A program made the position numbers and the translations under genes. DNA of 37,594 nucleotides, taken from Octopus sinensis (lineage: Eukaryota). Where the stretch lies: positions 1 through 37,594 of the forward strand of contig NW_021826208.1 of assembly GCF_006345805.1 (NCBI RefSeq). Direction: 5' to 3'. Position 1 is the stretch's first letter. Each line of letters starts with the position of its first letter. Below are positions 35,055 to 37,594 of the stretch, piece by piece. Below the pieces are notes generated by a model. That model did no database searches, was not told where the DNA came from, and was given only the letters and a program-made list of their open reading frames with translations.

Positions 35055-36588
35055 CATTAGCCAAAATAAGTTTAAGACCGATGATGACAGTTCTATTCCT
35101 TCATTAATAAATTTTTAACAAAACTATATAAAATCATTTTACTTTTTACAGTTTATATAGATTTTTTTTCTCTTTCGAATGATATACGTGTTATATATCT
35201 TTCTACATTTCGAATAATTTTATTGCGCAATTAATTCAAATGATTAGAAATTGTCGGCGGATAAGTTTAAGACCGTACCAAGATTATGCAAATTAATAAA
35301 CTAAATGCGTGGTCATATGGCTGGTCGTACTGCACTGTTTTGTTTAATAATCGAGCATCGTTACACATTGATTCGCTATGGGAAAGCGTCGTAGTATAGG
35401 CCCAGTTACTAGATCAAATATCGTGTTGTTTCATCAGCAAAATGTGTCCTCCATGAACATTAGCAAGCAATTAGGATGCAGCAAAAGGGCTTGTGTTCAA
35501 GCATGGAAGCTTTACCAAGCCACTAGGCAATACAAAGATCGGCAAAGAACGGGCACTCCGAGAGAAGTAACAGTACAGATGGATCGGCGAATTCATAAGC
35601 TCTCTAAAGGTAACCGAATGCTAGCAGCAGTGGACATTTGCAAGCAATTATCTGATGAAACTGACATCAGCTTTACACCGCCAAACTGTCAGAAACCGCC
35701 TCAAAGAATTTGAACTATTCGGCCGGATCACTCGAAAGAAGCCAATAATTTCTGAGACGAACCAGCGGAAGCGGATCAGGTTTGCTAAAAGCCATATCGA
35801 ATGGACGGTCGAAGACTGGTCAATAGTTCTTTGGGGTGACGAATCCTGATTCTGCATCTTTGGATCAGACGGAAAGACTTGTCAGACGCCGTCCATCCTA
35901 AATATGTCAAGTAAACGGCAGACTGAACAATGTAGGCTATCTGTAATTAGAAAATGAAAATATGCGACCATATTTAAATAATCAGATGCCACAGGGACCT
36001 ATTTTCCAAAAGGACAATTGCCCCGTCCGTAAGGTTTTTCAATATTTTGAGCACAATAATATGGTGGTTATTAAGTGGCCTCCGCAGAGCCCAGTTTTGA
36101 ATCCGATAGAAAATTTATGGAATAAATTTTTTTTAAAAGAGACTCATGCTAAAAAACAACAAAAAACCAACAAATTCGTCCCAATATAATTTTATTGAAG
36201 AAATATGGCAGAACATTCCAAGTGATTTTTGTGCTCATTTGTCGAACGCCATGACCCGCCGTAGTAAGGCCGTAATTGAAAATAATGGCTATGGAACTAG
36301 ATACTAATAATAAATTTTTGTTCGTTGGTCATTTGTGACGTAAATTTTCAATTTAAACAAAATAATGTTGGTTACGTCTTGAACTTATTCTGCCGACAAT
36401 ATTTAATCATTTGAATTAATTATGCATTAAAATTATTCAGATTGTAGAAAGATATATAAAACCTATATCATTCGAAAGAGAAGAAAATTCTACATAAACT
36501 ATAAAATAATTTTATACAGTTTTGTTAAAAATAAATTAATGAAGGAATAGAACTGCCATCCCCGGACTTAAACTTATTTTGGTTAATG
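35055..36588 (+). mobile_element. Tc1 DNA transposon of IR/DR type, both ends intact, TA target duplication
   Basis: TIRs of about 220 bp (35055-35280 and 36369-36588), each with outer and inner direct repeats (ataagtttaagaccg at 35066 and 35261). TA at 35053-54 and 36589-90. Confidence 0.92.
35378..36307 (+). pseudogene. Tc1 transposase pseudogene
   Basis: HTH region MGKRRSIG...RTGTPR, frameshift, QTVRNRLKE..RKKPIIS..RKRIRFAKSH.EW..EDW..VLWGDES*, an internal deletion, then FQKDNCP, WPPQSPVLNPIENLW and C-terminal MTRRSKAVIENNGYGTRY*. Confidence 0.92.
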
Positions 36589-36626
36589 TATATTCACATA
36601 GTTGTGTACTACTGCAAAACCCCTCT

Positions 36627-36803
36627 ATCTCTCTACTCGCAATACCAGAGGGCGCACACACTCCTACCCTGATGTAATCTCCAGGGATACAGGCATCCAG
36701 CAACAGGACCTCCGTAATGCCATGATGGACCGTGAAGTCTGGCGTAGCATGGTAAATTCCATTGTCTCGACCACGGTCGAACAATGATGATGATGATCTC
36801 TCT
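36627..36803 (+). mobile_element. severely 5'-truncated RTE LINE, copy 3, with 8-bp TSD
   Basis: TRNTRGRTHSYPDVISRDTGIQQQDLRNAMMDREVWRSMVNSIVSTTVEQ* followed by (TGA)n; TSD atctctct at 36627-36634 and 36796-36803. Confidence 0.9.
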
Positions 36804-37019
36804 TTCTCTCTTCTTCTCTCTCTCCTCTCTCTAGCAATCAGCGAAGCACTAAAGAGACGTCTCAACATACAATGTAACTTCAGGTGCATACACCTATACA
36901 TACCTGAAAAACCAATTCAAACACATATTTTGCAAAACCGCGAACTGTCTTAACTTGAAAAAGTCTTGTCATTTTGTTGGCAACTAGCTTCAACTGCAGC
37001 AAAAGAAAATAACAAGACA

Positions 37020-37130
37020 TAAATACATACACACACACACATATATATATATATATACATACTTATACATAAGTATATATGAATATATATAGATAGATAG
37101 ATAGATATACATATAATCTGTGTGCGTTTG

Positions 37131-37167
<37 letters not shown>

Positions 37168-37242
37168 GCGCGTAGGTGTTGATATCAATTTATTATGTGT
37201 GTATATATATATGTGTATATATATATATATATATAATATATA

Positions 37243-37275
<33 letters not shown>

Positions 37276-37293
37276 TTGCATACATACATAATA

Positions 37294-37332
<39 letters not shown>

Positions 37333-37524
37333 AGAGAGAGAGAGAGAGAGAGATAGATAGATATATGATATACACATAATCTGTGTGCGTGTATGTATAT
37401 ATATATATATATATATATAATGTATATATATATTATAAATGAAATAAAACAGATGCATATATTAAACATATATGTACGTACCTACCTCTATACACATATA
37501 TAACTTGATAGCAACCCTACGCGC

Positions 37525-37562
<38 letters not shown>

Positions 37563-37594
37563 CATAAACACATAGGCATACAGATGTATGCATG
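37020..37594. repeat. (TA)n/(GATA)n/(GA)n-rich region with short duplicated and inverted islands
   Basis: Directly visible. Confidence 0.85.

Overview
This is AT-rich, microsatellite-saturated eukaryotic non-coding DNA, probably intronic or intergenic. The SINE families and repeat style suggest a cephalopod, probably Octopus (inference; no database search was run). No host protein-coding exon could be supported, and most ORFs in the track are translations of simple repeats. The window is a layered transposon graveyard. It holds at least four tRNA-derived SINE families, three 5'-truncated copies of one RTE LINE (two with target-site duplications) and an old L2/Crack-type LINE broken into pieces. 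It also holds an R4/Dong-like 5' fragment, a pogo/Tigger fossil, two hAT fossils, a complete-ended IR/DR-type Tc1 element and a non-autonomous Helitron. The most unusual items are: (i) a minimal hammerhead-ribozyme motif with a palindromic stem III (21610-21644); (ii) three near-perfect fold-backs, one with (AAT)n/(ATT)n arms (15682-15942), one a zero-spacer head-to-head SINE pair (31051-31582) and one with a telomere-like core (34700-34985); (iii) a dimeric SINE junction seen twice; and (iv) a 4.6-kb noisy (TA)n tract containing a duplicated, TA-eroded island, which may be partly an assembly artefact.
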